From: Owenia fusiformis
Taxonomy: Eukaryota
DNA length: 64,000 nucleotides
Assembly: GCA_903813345.2 (NCBI GenBank)
Contig: CAIIXF020000001.1
Location: 33,604,001 to 33,668,000, forward strand
Direction: 5' to 3'
Shown here: one piece after another, positions 51,720 to 64,000 of the stretch
Layout of the letters: each line of letters begins with the position of its first letter
Numbering within the stretch: the first letter of the stretch is position 1
Notes under the pieces: model-generated
Told to the model about the DNA's origin: nothing
Database searches by the model: none
Seen by the model: the letters and a program-made list of their open reading frames with translations, nothing else
Translations under genes and position numbers: made by a program

Positions 51720-53615
51720 CTTTTTGGCTCACACAGTGAGCCTATGGGATCGACCAGACGTCCGTCCGTTGGTCCTCCGTCCGTCCGTTGGTCCATCCGT
51801 AAGTCCGTCCATCTGTCTGTCCATCCGTCCAGGCAATAACTCAAATACCGTTGGCCCGATTCTGTTCATATTTTGTACACATGTACATGGGGGTAGAAGT
51901 TCTGCTCGAAAACCGATTTTCAAAATGGCGGCCATTTTAGTGCAGATTTTACAGTAATTTAGGTTCTGCATATAAAACTGTAATAGCCATATGTTTTGAA
52001 TGTAAAAAAGTTATATTGGACATTCATTAAGCTAGAAATGTAAATAAAGAAGAAATACATGGCAGCCATCTTGAAAAATGGCTGCCTTCGCACGTCATTT
52101 TACGATTTTTGCTGTAACTTGAAAAGTAGTGGAGCGATTTTGTTCATATTTGGTATGTGAATACTTGAAGTATGGCACAATGTCTAATAACATTTTCGGT
52201 AGAATGCGGCCATTTTGAAAAATGGCCGCCATTTTTACTTGTGTTTTTTAACATTTTTTACTGTAACTTAAAAAGTAGTGGAGCGATTTTGTTCATATTT
52301 GGTATGTGAATACTTTAAGCATGGCACAATGTCTAATGACATTTTGGGTTGCAGGCGGCCATTTTGGGTCGCAGGCGGCCATTTTTCAAAATGGCCGCCA
52401 TTTTTACCTGTGCTATTTTACATTTTTTACTTTTATTCAAAAAGTAGTAGAGCGATTTTGTTCATATTTTATTTTGTTCATATTTTATATGTGAATACTA
52501 TAAGCATGGCACACTGTATAATGACACTTTGGGTAGTAGGTGGCCATTTTGAAAAATGGCCACCATTTTTACGTTTTTTACTATAACTTGTAAAGTAGTG
52601 GAGCGATTTTGTTCATATTTGATATGTAAATACTCATGAGGCTCATGAGCCTTGCACAGAGTCTCATGATACTTCGCATAGTAGGCGGCCATTTTAAAAA
52701 ATGGCTATCATTTTTACATTTTTTACTATAATTCGAAAAGTATTGGAGCGATTTTGTTCGTATTTGATATGTGAATACTTTAAGCATGGCACATTGTCTA
52801 AGAAAACTTTCGGGAGTAGTCAGCCATTTTGGAAAATGGCCACCATTTTCATGTGTGTTATTTTACATTTTTTATTACTCAAAAGCGATTTTGTTCATAT
52901 TTGATATGTGAATACTCCAGGCCTGTCAACTTGGGAACACCTAACATGAGTGACTTGGAAATGTTGAACACCTCCCCTCAAAATGTGGACACCTTGATCC
53001 AAATCTGAACACCTTGATCCAAATTTTGAACACCTTGGTTTAAATTTATTACATCTTGCCAAATTTTGAACACCTCGCGTTTCAAACATCCATCAACGGG
53101 GGGGGGGAGGTACGGAAAATTTCGAACGGAATGCGTGACATATACATAATTCGCGTGAAAAGTACAAACAAAATGCGTACATTTTTTTCCCGCGTTCGTA
53201 TTTTTGCTGTGTAGATGATCTTTTTTACAAATTTTTCTTCAGAAATATTTTTGCTTGACAATTACCAGGTAAAATGCGTATTTGCGTGACATTTTCTGTC
53301 ACGCAAAAATAACTGGCGTGACTTCAAATTCTTCAGCAAATGCGTGACAAATACGCAAATTGCGGGACAGTTGACAGGCCTGATACTCATAAGGATTGCA
53401 AACTGTCTTATGACATTTTGGGTAGTAGGGGGCCATTTTAAAAAATGGCCACCATTTACATGTACGTGTGTGCAATTTTTAAAAATTTTATATGTGGCTA
53501 CTTATAAGCATATTACTTCTTCTGATGACAACTCGGCTAGTGAGCAATCATTTTGAAAATGGTGGCCTTTCTTATGTGTGTCATTTTTTATGATATTTGC
53601 TATATATTTTGTTTG
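51720..53615. mobile_element. HINE with ~130-170 bp internal tandem repeats, 3' end not identified
   Basis: ggctcacacagtgagcc 5' palindrome, degenerate (GTCC)n, and repeated agtggagcgattttgttcatatt / ggccattttgaaaaatggcc units. Confidence 0.7.
52918..53382. mobile_element. hAT-like MITE with 6-bp TSD, copy 1
   Basis: TIR CAGGCCTGTCAACT ... AGTTGACAGGCCTG; TSD ATACTC. Confidence 0.9.
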
Positions 53616-56057
53616 TAAAAAACTGCCCTGTCAACCCTCACGCATTAGGCGTGATTGTCACGCATTTGCTGGAAAAATAGAAATCACGTATAATTTAGCA
53701 TGTATGATCAAATATCACGCAAATCACGCATTTTTATGACCAAATATCATGCAAATCACGCATTTTGTTGAAATTTTAATAATCGTTTTTTGTGAAATGC
53801 CGACAAGGTAAAATATCGAACGGCGAAAAAAAGCGAACACATTCAGTTTGGTCTTAGCACGTGATCGCCGTTTATGTCACGCATTTCGTACAAAATATGT
53901 GTATAAGTCACGCATTTGTTTCGAAAATATTCACACCTATCTATTCTGATGACAGGTTGTTCTACTCTCAAAATACATGTTCTCTTGTTTGCAAGATTTT
54001 TGTAAATTCTAATTAATGAATATCATGTACCAAAACTTAAAAACTGTCTAATATTTTACTCCAAATAAACTTTATATATGTGTTCGATCGCTAATTTGTC
54101 TATTAATTAAGTTGCGCTTGCATTGTCTTTTAAAGGTTACACGTAGATAGATACACGCAGGAAAACTTTACAATGTGTGTTAGTATTATGGCATTCGGTA
54201 TAATGCCTTTCGGTACAATATACACGTAGCCGGTTTAATAAGTTTCGGTATAATGCGCATCGGTATATATGCGCATCGGTACAATGGGTTTTGGTATAAT
54301 GCGCGGACCACGAGGTAAGGATTCTGGACACCTGCTTAGGAGGAAGCTTTTTCTCATACTTTCAACTATCTCCTACATGCACCATCCAGGAACCTTGGCT
54401 GAACTTGGCGTGAAAGAAACTTTTGTCTAGGTCAAGGTCAAAGATCAAAATCTAGGTCAAATCAAAGTTTCTCAAATCCTGACTTTAATATTTTTAGCTG
54501 ATTTTTTGCATACCGATAGATATTAGTATTCTATTAGTGTGTGCCTTTTGCCGTCTGGACAAATTTTGCCTAGATTTTGAGATATTGAAGGTCAAAAAAA
54601 GGTCAAAAAAGGTATTTTTTCAACTTGCTTCAAATTGACCAATTTTTTTTTAATAATCTACATGTTCTTAGGAACTCAAACCTGACCTTACTTTTGACCT
54701 GTGACCTTTGGTTGTCCTTCATTGACCTTCGGAAGGTCAAAACAGTTGATTTTTCAAATTGATTTTCTGAATTCAAATTTAGGTATGTTTGATCACAAAA
54801 GGACCACTCAGGTCTAGAGAAGTAAAATTTGCAAGGTCAAAGGTCAAGGTCATCAAACTAAATCACAAACTGTGTTTTCTAAGTTTCTCAAAATTCCAGA
54901 CTACAAATCAATATTTTTTAATGAAAGTCAGTTTTGAGATATCAGGATATTAGAACTCAAAAACTGAAAAAAGGTCAAATTTCCAAACTTTTCAAGACTA
55001 AATTTCAACTTGCTTCAAATTGACCTTTGGCTGACCTCCAAAAGGTAAAAAAGCTTGCAATCTTGGCATATATTTTTAGAAAAATCAAATTTACTTTGAT
55101 ATTCACAAATGTAGCCTAAGTAGCCTAGTTAGGACCTAAAAATGTTTAGAAAATTATTTTTGTGCCAGGCAAATGTCAAAAATGTGCCAAATTTGCCAAA
55201 TCGGCAATTACGAAGTTTCTCAAAATTTGGTGCTTAATTCAAATATTTTTTCTTAAAATTAAAAAATTAGATTGTTTTGAAGATGCTTCACATATTATCA
55301 ATTCACATTGTTCAAAATATTTTCACTGATTTTGAGAAAAAGCAGTCAAAAATTGCTAAGAATATGAAATATCTAAATACTTCAAATTTTCAATGTTCTT
55401 CAAATTTCTATTTTTTAAGTTCATTTCACCTGAAGCAACTTGACTTGAGCTTTTCATAACTGTCATCCAAATTGAAATTGGGTCATTATTTATCGAGTTC
55501 TGGCCTTTCGGAGTTTGGCGAAACTTCACCCTTCCCGCTCCCAGTAACCCTCCCTTGTATTATTCATGATCCTTCGATCGATAGATTGAAGGAATCATAA
55601 ATAATCTTCTTGATACTTTTCCTACCCCTTCGGCCATGTTTTTAGTTATCCTATATATGCTCCTACTAGGGACTGGGCTGGACTTGGAGGGAAAGGAATT
55701 TTTATCAAGGTCAAAGGTCAAATCTAGGTCAAGTCAAAGTTGTTTTTAAGTTTCTCAAAGCTTGATACTACATTTCACTATTTTTGCCTGAGCTTTCACA
55801 TACCGATAGATATTAGTATTCTATTAGTGCTAGCCGAAAGTAAGGTATAGAGATTTTTGATGTAAAAAAAACGGTAAAAATAGGTCAGTTTTCAAATTGC
55901 TTCAAATCAAACAAATTTTTTTTTTCAAAAGCATCTACTAGACGTCAGGAGTCCAAGACTGCAAACCAATTTCAGATGTGACCCTTCGTTGACATTCTGG
56001 CACATTTTGAAGCAATTTTGGCATATATTTTTGGAAAAATCAAATTTACTTTGATAT

Positions 56058-57934
56058 TGTCGCGCGCCAGACTCCCGCCGAGTACCCGTACTCCCTCGGA
56101 GAAGGTCTGGTGGCGATGATAAGGGATTCGGAGGTGTTTCTCACGGGCGCCGAGCTGGTTTGGTGCTTCGGCTGACACTGAGCTAGGAGATGGAGAACAC
56201 AGGAATGTACAAAACAATCAATTACGGGATTTTAATAATCTATTGAACACTATAATACAACAATAAATTTCACAAATGTCCTCAAATGCCTTTATGGCCA
56301 GTAAATCAAATATAAATGTCTCTATGTACACTGAGAATCAACACTCTGACTCCGAGTTGTTTGTCTCTGCTCTGCCTATCTGCTCTGCTGTCTACTCTGC
56401 TCTTTCTTTCTGTCAGCTCTGCTCTACCTTTCAGCTTCACTCGACTCTGCCTGTCGCCTCTGCTCTACCTGCTACAGTTGTCTGCTCTACTCGACCCTGC
56501 CTGTCAGCTCTACACTGCTCTGCCTGTAGGTTCTACTCTGCCTGTCTGATCTACTCGGCTCTGCCTGCTCTGCTGTGCTGCATGTGTGGAAATCACCTTC
56601 AATTGGAGAATTCTAGCTCTGGACAGAGAAACTCAGGAATGTCAATCAAAGATGAGATTAGACCCAAGAATTCTGCCTCTGTGGTAGCAGGTCAGCCACC
56701 TCAATGGTCAGTCACATCTTGGTCGAAGTTGTTTCACTTCTGAGACTAATCAGCTCACGTGAGGGGAAGCACTCTTGCTCCTGGTTGTCACTCTCACTCC
56801 CTAGACACAGATAACTACCTCAATAGAAGAACGCTTGCTCTAAGTCGTCACCTCTCAGAAGTAGCCAACTCTCATCAATAGGAATACACTCTCTCTCAGA
56901 GTTGTCCCTCTCCTGGGAGTAGTCACTAATGTCAATGGGAGCTCCTCTTGCTCCGAATCGCCACTCTGGTCAGATGAGTAGGGAATATCAATCAAGGATG
57001 AGATTAGACCCAACTCACACACCTATGTGGGTGTAAGTACGTCTCTCCAACAAGAACACAACAGCTCTGGGCGAGATAACTCAGGAATGTCAATCAGTAA
57101 ACTGAGATTAGACCAGAGTCAGACGCCTCCCGGAAGTTATCCAAGATGGCGGACACGCAATGAATTATGGGAAGAAGATGAAGAAGAATTGAAGTCACAA
57201 AATGGCTATGCTGAATTAATGGATCAATACATCAAATCTATCAGAGAAAGGATCAACATAAATCAATTAACACTCACAAACTGCAACTCTGCTAGGTGTC
57301 TCCAAGGCGCCTCTAGACTGCAACTTATATAATCAACGAATATATCTCTGCCAATCATAGATCCGGTCGCCAACACACAAGCAGCTAATAATCCAATAAA
57401 TTACTGTTTGTAATCGTCCTACAAAACAGTGCAACACGCAAATATACTCCAAAAATGTCCTTTCTCCCCTTTGGAATCCTTCAGCTCCTTCAATGCCTTC
57501 AAATACTTCAATATTCCATCATAAAACAGTTTGTTCCATCACCTTCCGGCTATATCATCACTAAAATCACTGTACAGATCTTGATACTTCGACACAAAAA
57601 GCTAGACTGCGCACATCAGCCCACACTCTGTCCTATCTCACTTCACTAATTATATGCGGCGGGAAACCCTCTGATTGGTTGAGCTTGTTTGTTTACTGCA
57701 TTTGGTGTTGCATTCTGGATAATATTCATGAGCACTAATCCAGTTGACCTTTCTTCTTCAATATTCCATTCATATACAGGTTGTACCATTCTACTCCAGG
57801 GGTTCCCTCGGCAACAGAGCAAACACATCTCTACATGGTACACACATGAGCCATTGAACTCTATGAGTGAGTCGACTGACTCCACATATAAAAATACAAA
57901 ATTAAACAAAAATGAAAATCACAATTTCGTCACA
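56058..57934 (-). mobile_element. Long solo-LTR-like unit A (~1.9 kb)
   Basis: TGTCGCG...CGTCACA ends with ATAT on both sides (56054-56057, 57935-57938); inverted homology to unit B; no coding capacity. Confidence 0.65.
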
Positions 57935-58644
57935 ATATTGTGGCGAAATTTGTTTCTTCAGTGATTTTATTTTACATGGACTTTGTCATTCTTAAGATGT
58001 TGTATCATTGCATTTGTTAATTTTGCCATTTTTTTTATATGTAGAGTCAATTGACTCATTTGTGGAGTTAAATTGCTCATATGAGTATGATGTAAAAATT
58101 AGAATTTGCATATTTGCCAGACATTGAGAGGCAAGTTACCCAGAATGCATCACAAAATGGGGTAAACAAACCTAGTTCAGCCAATCAGAGGGTTTCCCGC
58201 TGCATATCATCACACAGGAGAGATAGCATAGAATCTGGCCCATGTGCTCAGTTGATTTTGGGAAGTTGAATGGACAAGACCTCGCGCAGTGTGGACATTG
58301 GAACATAGCAGACACATTTGTGAAGGACTTTATTGGATTGTTGGTGTGTATTTAGTAGAATACAAGGAGCAGTTGATGATCGTGTAGCGATAGGATTTGC
58401 GTATAGTATAAAGCGTTTTTGGATTATATTCGTGGCTGATTGTCTGCAGAGAAGTGTTGGTGAGTAGTAATTTACGTTGACTTTGATGTCCCTAGATTTT
58501 TTTTTTATTGTCTTTTACGTTGGATCTAATCTCAGTTGTGATTGACATTTCCAATTGTTAAAGACATTTTCTGCAGTCCAGAAGTCCTTCATATACGATA
58601 TTCCTTGTCCAAGTTATTGTCTGTGTGATCACCATATTGGATCG

Positions 58645-59118
58645 CCAAAGTGTTGAACCGCCATCTTGTGACGTCACCCTTCTTCTACCCAGCATTCCCC
58701 TTGATCCGCCATCTTGGACTTCCGGGAGATAACTAACTCTGGTCTAATCTCCCCAGGGATTGACATTCCTGAGTTTTATATCTCTCCGAGCAGGGATACT
58801 CCAAAGTGTTGAACCACCATCTTGTGACGTCATCCTTCTTCTACCCAGCATTCCCCCTGATCCGCTATCTTGGATTTCTTCCGGGAGATAACTAACTCTG
58901 GTCTAATCTCCCCAGGGATTGACATTCCTGAGTTTTATATCTCTCCGAGCAGGGATACTCCAAAGTGTTGAACCGCCATCTTGTGACGTCATCCTTCTTC
59001 TACCCAGCATTCCCCCTGATCCGCCATCTTTGATTACTTCCGGGAGATAACTAACTCTGGTCTTATCTCCCCAGGGATTGACATTCCTGAGTTTTATATC
59101 TCTCCGAGCGGAGATACT
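58645..59118 (+). repeat. Three tandem ~157-bp repeats, each with a perfect CRE (TGACGTCA) and YY1-like CCATCTT motifs
   Basis: Units start at 58645, 58801 and 58960. TGACGTCA lies at 58669, 58825 and 58984. Confidence 0.9.
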
Positions 59119-59299
59119 CCAGAAGGTGTGGCTCATATCTGTAGGAGCAAAGATACTCCAGAAGGCGTGTTTCATATCTGTCCGAGCAAAGATACTCCAG
59201 AAGGCGTGGTTTGAGCAGAGATACTCCAGACGGCGTGTTTTTTTGTGACTCCCTGAGCAGTATTACTCCAAGAGCTGTGACCCCGTCTAAAAGCAGTAA

Positions 59300-60510
59300 T
59301 TATTATCCCATCGAACGAAGTTCGGAGGGATATAGGGAACGCCTCCGTCCGTCCGTCCGTCCGTACGTACGTCCGTCCGTACGTACGTCCGTCCGTCTGT
59401 CCGTCCGGGCAATAACTCAAATACTGTTGGCCCGATTTTGTTCATATTTTGTACACATATACCCTATCGGGGTAGAAGTTCTGCTCGAAAGCCGATTTTC
59501 AAAATGGCCGCTCATTTCAAAATGGCGGCCATTTTAGTGCCGATTTTACAGTAATTTAGGTGTAATATGTAAAACTGTAATAGCAATATGTTTTAAATGT
59601 AAAAAATTATAAAGGACATTAATAATGCTACAAATGTAGATATTAAAGAAGCACATGGCAGCCATCTTGAAAAATGGCGGCCTTTACTCGTCACTTTACG
59701 ATTTTTGCTATAACTCAAAAAATAGTGGAGCGATTTTGTTCATTTTTGGTATGTGAATACTATAAGCATTGCACACTGTCTAAAGACACTTTTGGTAGAA
59801 GGCGGCCATTTTGAAAAATGGCCGCCATTTTAACATATTTTACTATAACTCGAAAAGTAGTGGAGCGATTTTGTTCATATTTGGTATGTGAATACTACAG
59901 TCCACCCGCTATGGCTCAGTGGCAGAGAGAGTCAAGGTTACCAATATTGCTTGGCCCCGGGTTCGATTCCCGGTTCAGACAAGTTTGTTTGTGCGTTATG
60001 TAATTCTGGGTGTTTGACTGAGTGGTTCACGACTCGTATAAAAGGCTGTGGTGTGTACCTGTATGTCTGTGTACCTGTGCACATAAAAGAACACAGGGCT
60101 CCTCCAAGGAGGGGTTTCTGGCTCTATCTTCGAGTGTAAAATACGTAAAATACTGAATATACCAATGAGGTATTGCTCGCCAAATATGGCGGTAACCAAG
60201 ATATAATAATAATAAGCATGGCACACTGTCTAATAAATTTTTGGGGCGTAGTCGGCCATTTTGAAAAATGGCCACCATTTTTATGTGTGTTATTTTACAA
60301 GTACGTGTGCGATTTTTCAAAAATTTTAGAGGTGGCTACTTAAAAGCATATCATTTCTTCTGATGACAACTTGGCTAGTGAGCAACCATTTTGAAAATGG
60401 TGGCCTTTCTGGTGTGTTGTTTTATGATATGTGCTATTCGTTTGTAACAATGCCAGCCATTTCTGTTCGATGGGATTCGCTACGCTTTGGCATTGCCGTT
60501 GTTCTGGTTT
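59300..60510. mobile_element. HINE nested in LTR-like unit B
   Basis: Sub-TIR atcccatcgaac (59305) / gttcgatgggat (60465), (GTCC)n microsatellite, 3' ggcattgcc hairpin. The core is shared with the 51720 element. Confidence 0.8.
59898..60213 (+). mobile_element. tRNA-derived SINE with a Nin/Deu-like central domain
   Basis: A box TGGCTCAGTGG, B box GGTTCGATTCC, central aaaggctgtggtgtgtac...gtgcacataaaaga, (ATA)n tail. It interrupts the HINE motif gaatacta|taagcatggc. Confidence 0.8.
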
Positions 60511-61318
60511 GTGAGAGGAAGAGACTCCCGGGGTACTCTACCGGAACAACAACACTCCGAGAGGAAGTATAGTGGAAACTACTTGGAGGGGCCCTTTACC
60601 AGAAGTAATTCCAACAGCTAGACAAGCTCCAGAGCTGAGCAGATCCCCCTACAGAGACGAGACAACTCTTGAATATAGACATAGTATCACATGGACATTG
60701 TGTCATTTATTGTACACACTTATGTTGAAATAGAGTATAAAAATCCCGTATAACATTGTTTTGTATATGTAAAAGCCATCTTCTTAGCTTCAGTGTTAGC
60801 CGAAGCACCAAATTAGCTAGGGCGCCCGTGAATAATATCTCCGCATCCCCTCAATCGCAACCAGGTCTTCTCCGAGGGAGCATACGGGTCCTCGGCGGTG
60901 ATCTGGCGCGCGACAATATTCACAAATTTAGCTTGAAAAGTAGCTTAGTTTGGACCTAAAAATGTCTAGAAAATTATTTTTGTGCCAGGCAAATGTCAAA
61001 AATTTGCCAAATCAGCAATTAGGAAGTTTCTCAAATTTTCTTAAAATTAAGATTAAAAAAAAATTAAAAAAATTAAGATTAGATTTTTTCGAAGATGCTT
61101 CACATATTATCAATTTACATTGTTCAAAAAATATTCACTGATTTTGAGAAAAAAAGCAGTCAAAAAATGCTAAGAATATGAAATATCTAAATACTTCAAA
61201 TTTTCAACGTTCAGTATTTCAAATTTAGGTCAAATTTTGAAATTTTTCAAGGTCAAATTTCAACTTCCTTCAAATTGAACAAATATTTCTTTATACATCC
61301 TCTACAAGTTGCCTATAC

Positions 61319-61820
61319 CAGGCCTGTCAACTTGGGAACACCTAACATGAGTGACTTGGAAATGTTGAACACCTCCCCTCAAAATGAGGATACCTTGGTC
61401 CAAATGTGAACACCTTGGTCCAAATTTTGAACACTTTGGTTTAAATTTTATTACATCTTGCAAAATATTAAACACCTCAAATTTTTCGCGCTCGCTACGC
61501 TCGCATTTAAAACATCCATCAACGGGGGGGGGGGGGGGGGGGGCGAGGTACGAAAAATTTCAAACGGAATGCGTGACATATACGTAATTCGCGTGAAAAG
61601 TCCGAACGAAATGCGTACGTTTTTTTCCCGCCTTCGTATTTTTGCTGTGTAGACGATCTTTTTTAGAAATTTTTCTACAGAAATATTTTTGCTTGACAAT
61701 TACCAGGTAAAATGCGTATTTGCGTGACATTTTCTGTCACGCAAAAATAACTGGCGTGACTTCAAATTCTTCAGCAAATGCGTGACAAATACGCAAATTG
61801 CGGGACAGTTGACAGGCCTG
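61319..61820. mobile_element. hAT-like MITE with 6-bp TSD, copy 2
   Basis: Same family as 52918-53382; different TSD CTATAC (61313-61318, 61821-61826). Confidence 0.9.
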
Positions 61821-62468
61821 CTATACTGCCCTGTCAACCCTCACGCATTAGGCGTGATTGTCACGCATCTGCTGGAAATCACGCATCAATTTAGCATGTA
61901 TGATCAAATATCACGCAAATCACGCATTTTGTTGATATTTTTAAAAATTGTTTTTTGTGAAATGCCGATACGGTAAAATACCGAACGGCGAAAAAAAGCG
62001 AACGCATTCAGTTCCGTCTTTGCACGCGATTGCCGTATATACCTGTATGTCACGTATTTAGTACAAAATATGTGTATATATCATGCATTTGTTTCGAAAA
62101 TATTTACACCTACCCCCCCCCCCAAATTGACACATTCTCTCCTCTAAAGTGTAATTGTAAAAGATGTATTACATGTAAAAAGAAAACAATAAATGTAAAG
62201 TTAATTAGCAATGGCTGTATAATATCCAAATTATTGGTATGCCACAGTTATATGATCAATTCAGCTATAACTATATATGGGAATGTGTTCATATTTCTTC
62301 CAATTCCTGAATCCTCGAAATGCAAAAATCTTGAAATATGAACACTTCTTTATCTAAACGCTTCAATTAGGTCCATGTTGTGTTCAGATTAGATAGGTTT
62401 TATACTGTTTATGTTATGATAGTGAATATTTTCTTTATTTTAACTTCTTCTTTTTGGTGTGGTTTCAG

Positions 62469-62570
62469 GCATGCTGATGATTTGATTGTGACACCGTTTG
62501 CTCAGATCTTGGCCAGTCTTCGTAGTGTAAGGAACAACTATATAACCCTGACACAGGTCTCAACAAACAA
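62469..62570 (+). CDS. PDE4: Internal exon of cAMP-specific phosphodiesterase 4 (dunce-like), C-terminal half of UCR1
   Basis: Encodes [28 protein letters not shown], matching PDE4 UCR1 ([24 protein letters not shown]). Pyrimidine tract plus tttcAG acceptor, GTAAGT donor, 102 bp, phase 2-2. Confidence 0.95.
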
Positions 62571-64000
62571 GTAAGTACCAAAGGTTTGCCCATTCATTCA
62601 TCTGCTCATGTGCAGTAAAACGGAACCAAAAAACAGAACTTTGCACAGATTGCCCCCTCCCCCATTGCCCTTGTGCATTTTTGTACACTTCAATGGAGGA
62701 GGTGAGAATCGATCGATAGACATGCTTGAATTTGCATTCACTACATACATCACTCTGCACATAAAACTTATGAATCTCAACTTAGAAATTTCTCAATTTC
62801 TGTCTGTCTGTGTGCATTTGCTTTGAATTTTCATTTGTCTTCCCCCTTCTCTCTGTCTGTTTGGACATCTCCTAGACCATTTGACCTTGGGTCCTCATAC
62901 TTGATCAACATTCTAAGTGGGTTGGTGGGCATTCTACGAAGGTCAGAGGTCAAGGTCATTAAGGTATAAGTTCATTATCTAGGTATTTGGACCAATGATT
63001 AGGTGACCCGAGGTCAAGGTCAGTGTTTATGGGTCAAGGTCATCTCAAGGTCAAAGGTCATTATCTAAGTATTTGGTATTTTAAAGACCTTGGAGGTTGC
63101 TGTGACTCTTGGCATCCCATGACTGGGGGTTATATATATTTTACAAGCGGATCCAAGAGACCTAGTGGGCAAGTCCATTATTTTGCAGGGGTGACATACA
63201 CATATCAATTTCCAAATACTCATATTGCCTTATTAAAGAAAACCTTCTAAAAGTTAAGTAGTCAATAAATATCAGATCTGTAAATTCCGAAATCCGAAGT
63301 GAATTCAATAAAAACCAGATTAGAATGCACAAATACTGGATCATAGATTTTTTCAATGAGGGACCTGTTAAATGTTTCACCAATAGTCCATTTTCTCCAC
63401 TTAGTCACTCTTAGATTGAGCCAAGTATCGGATGATTGGAGGCAGTTTTGTTCAATTTTGCAAAGGGTTAATTTTATTCTCATCTGTCTCAACAAAACAG
63501 GAATATCCCAGAATTCATAGTCATACTTCTCTTATATAAACTATATCATTGATTGGCCAAGGATTCATCTATAACCCTGGGAAATGACCTCTTCTGAACG
63601 TAAAGCGTGGGAACATCTGATATGACCAATTCCCATGGCAGTGTGTCACCTGTCATTTCTCTGAAATGATGTACACTTTCCTCCAAAAGATTGGAAACAA
63701 TTGTAGTACAGTAAAACCTGTATATCTGAACACTTGGCTAATCCTAACACCTCCCAATTTGAACATTTTTGGTCCTGTTTTCCTCCCATTGACTAAAATG
63801 TTAAAAAACCTTGAAATGTGAACACTTCCCAATTTGAATAGTGAACAGTCATGTTTGAAAAATTAACATATCTAATATGAACACTTTTCATAAAATATCA
63901 CATTTTCCATACAAAATTGCTCAAAAATTTGAAAAAAACTTGAATGATCTGACTCTTGGTTTGGGCTTTTTAGGATGGCTAAATTCATTTCAATCGGATT

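Larger units (their letters stand above)
57939..60915 (+). mobile_element. Long solo-LTR-like unit B (~1.8 kb without its nested HINE)
   Basis: TGTGGCG...CGCGACA ends with ATAT on both sides (57935-57938, 60916-60919). CCAAT near 58181 and TATAAA near 58408 suggest + orientation. Confidence 0.65.

Noticed and set aside
56276..56743. 155-aa Cys/Ser/Ala/Leu-rich ORF
   Set aside because: It is the translation of a degenerate CTCTG microsatellite inside the LTR-like unit.
58645..59240. Regular repeats resembling a CRISPR array
   Set aside because: The units are full tandem copies with no unique spacers, there are no cas genes, and the context is eukaryotic.
59905..59980. tRNA gene
   Set aside because: A and B boxes are present, but there is no convincing cloverleaf and the sequence continues into a SINE body and tail.
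56058..60915. Single Ginger-type TIR transposon
   Set aside because: The outer TGT/ACA ends and 4-bp TSD fit. However, the central CA-ATAT-TG junction and the high divergence between arms favour two separate units. Kept only as an alternative.

Overview
AT-rich, repeat-dense eukaryotic DNA, probably from a marine invertebrate (inferred from a Nin/Deu-like SINE, Helentron-type HINEs and a Gmr1-like element). There are no prokaryotic features. The window appears to be one very large intron of a PDE4/dunce-type cAMP phosphodiesterase gene on the + strand. The only clearly recognisable host exon is the UCR1 exon [23 protein letters not shown] at 62469-62570. Two non-repetitive islands upstream hold phase-compatible candidate alternative first exons (34664-34728 and 46454-46635). 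The rest is a nested transposon landscape. It includes an intact, young Gmr1-like Gypsy element with copia-like domain order (identical 279-bp LTRs, 5-bp TSD), three LINE fragments, a DD41D mariner relic and several HINEs. It also holds Kolobok, Harbinger, hAT and Mutator-like TIR elements with TSDs of 2-9 bp, and a 4.4-kb foldback built from a satellite-like repeat. The most unusual structure is a head-to-head pair of related ~1.8-kb LTR-like units, each bracketed by ATAT at one target site. One of them carries three perfect CRE sites about 3.5 kb upstream of the PDE4 exon. All comparisons were done by eye, so coordinates may be off by a few bases.
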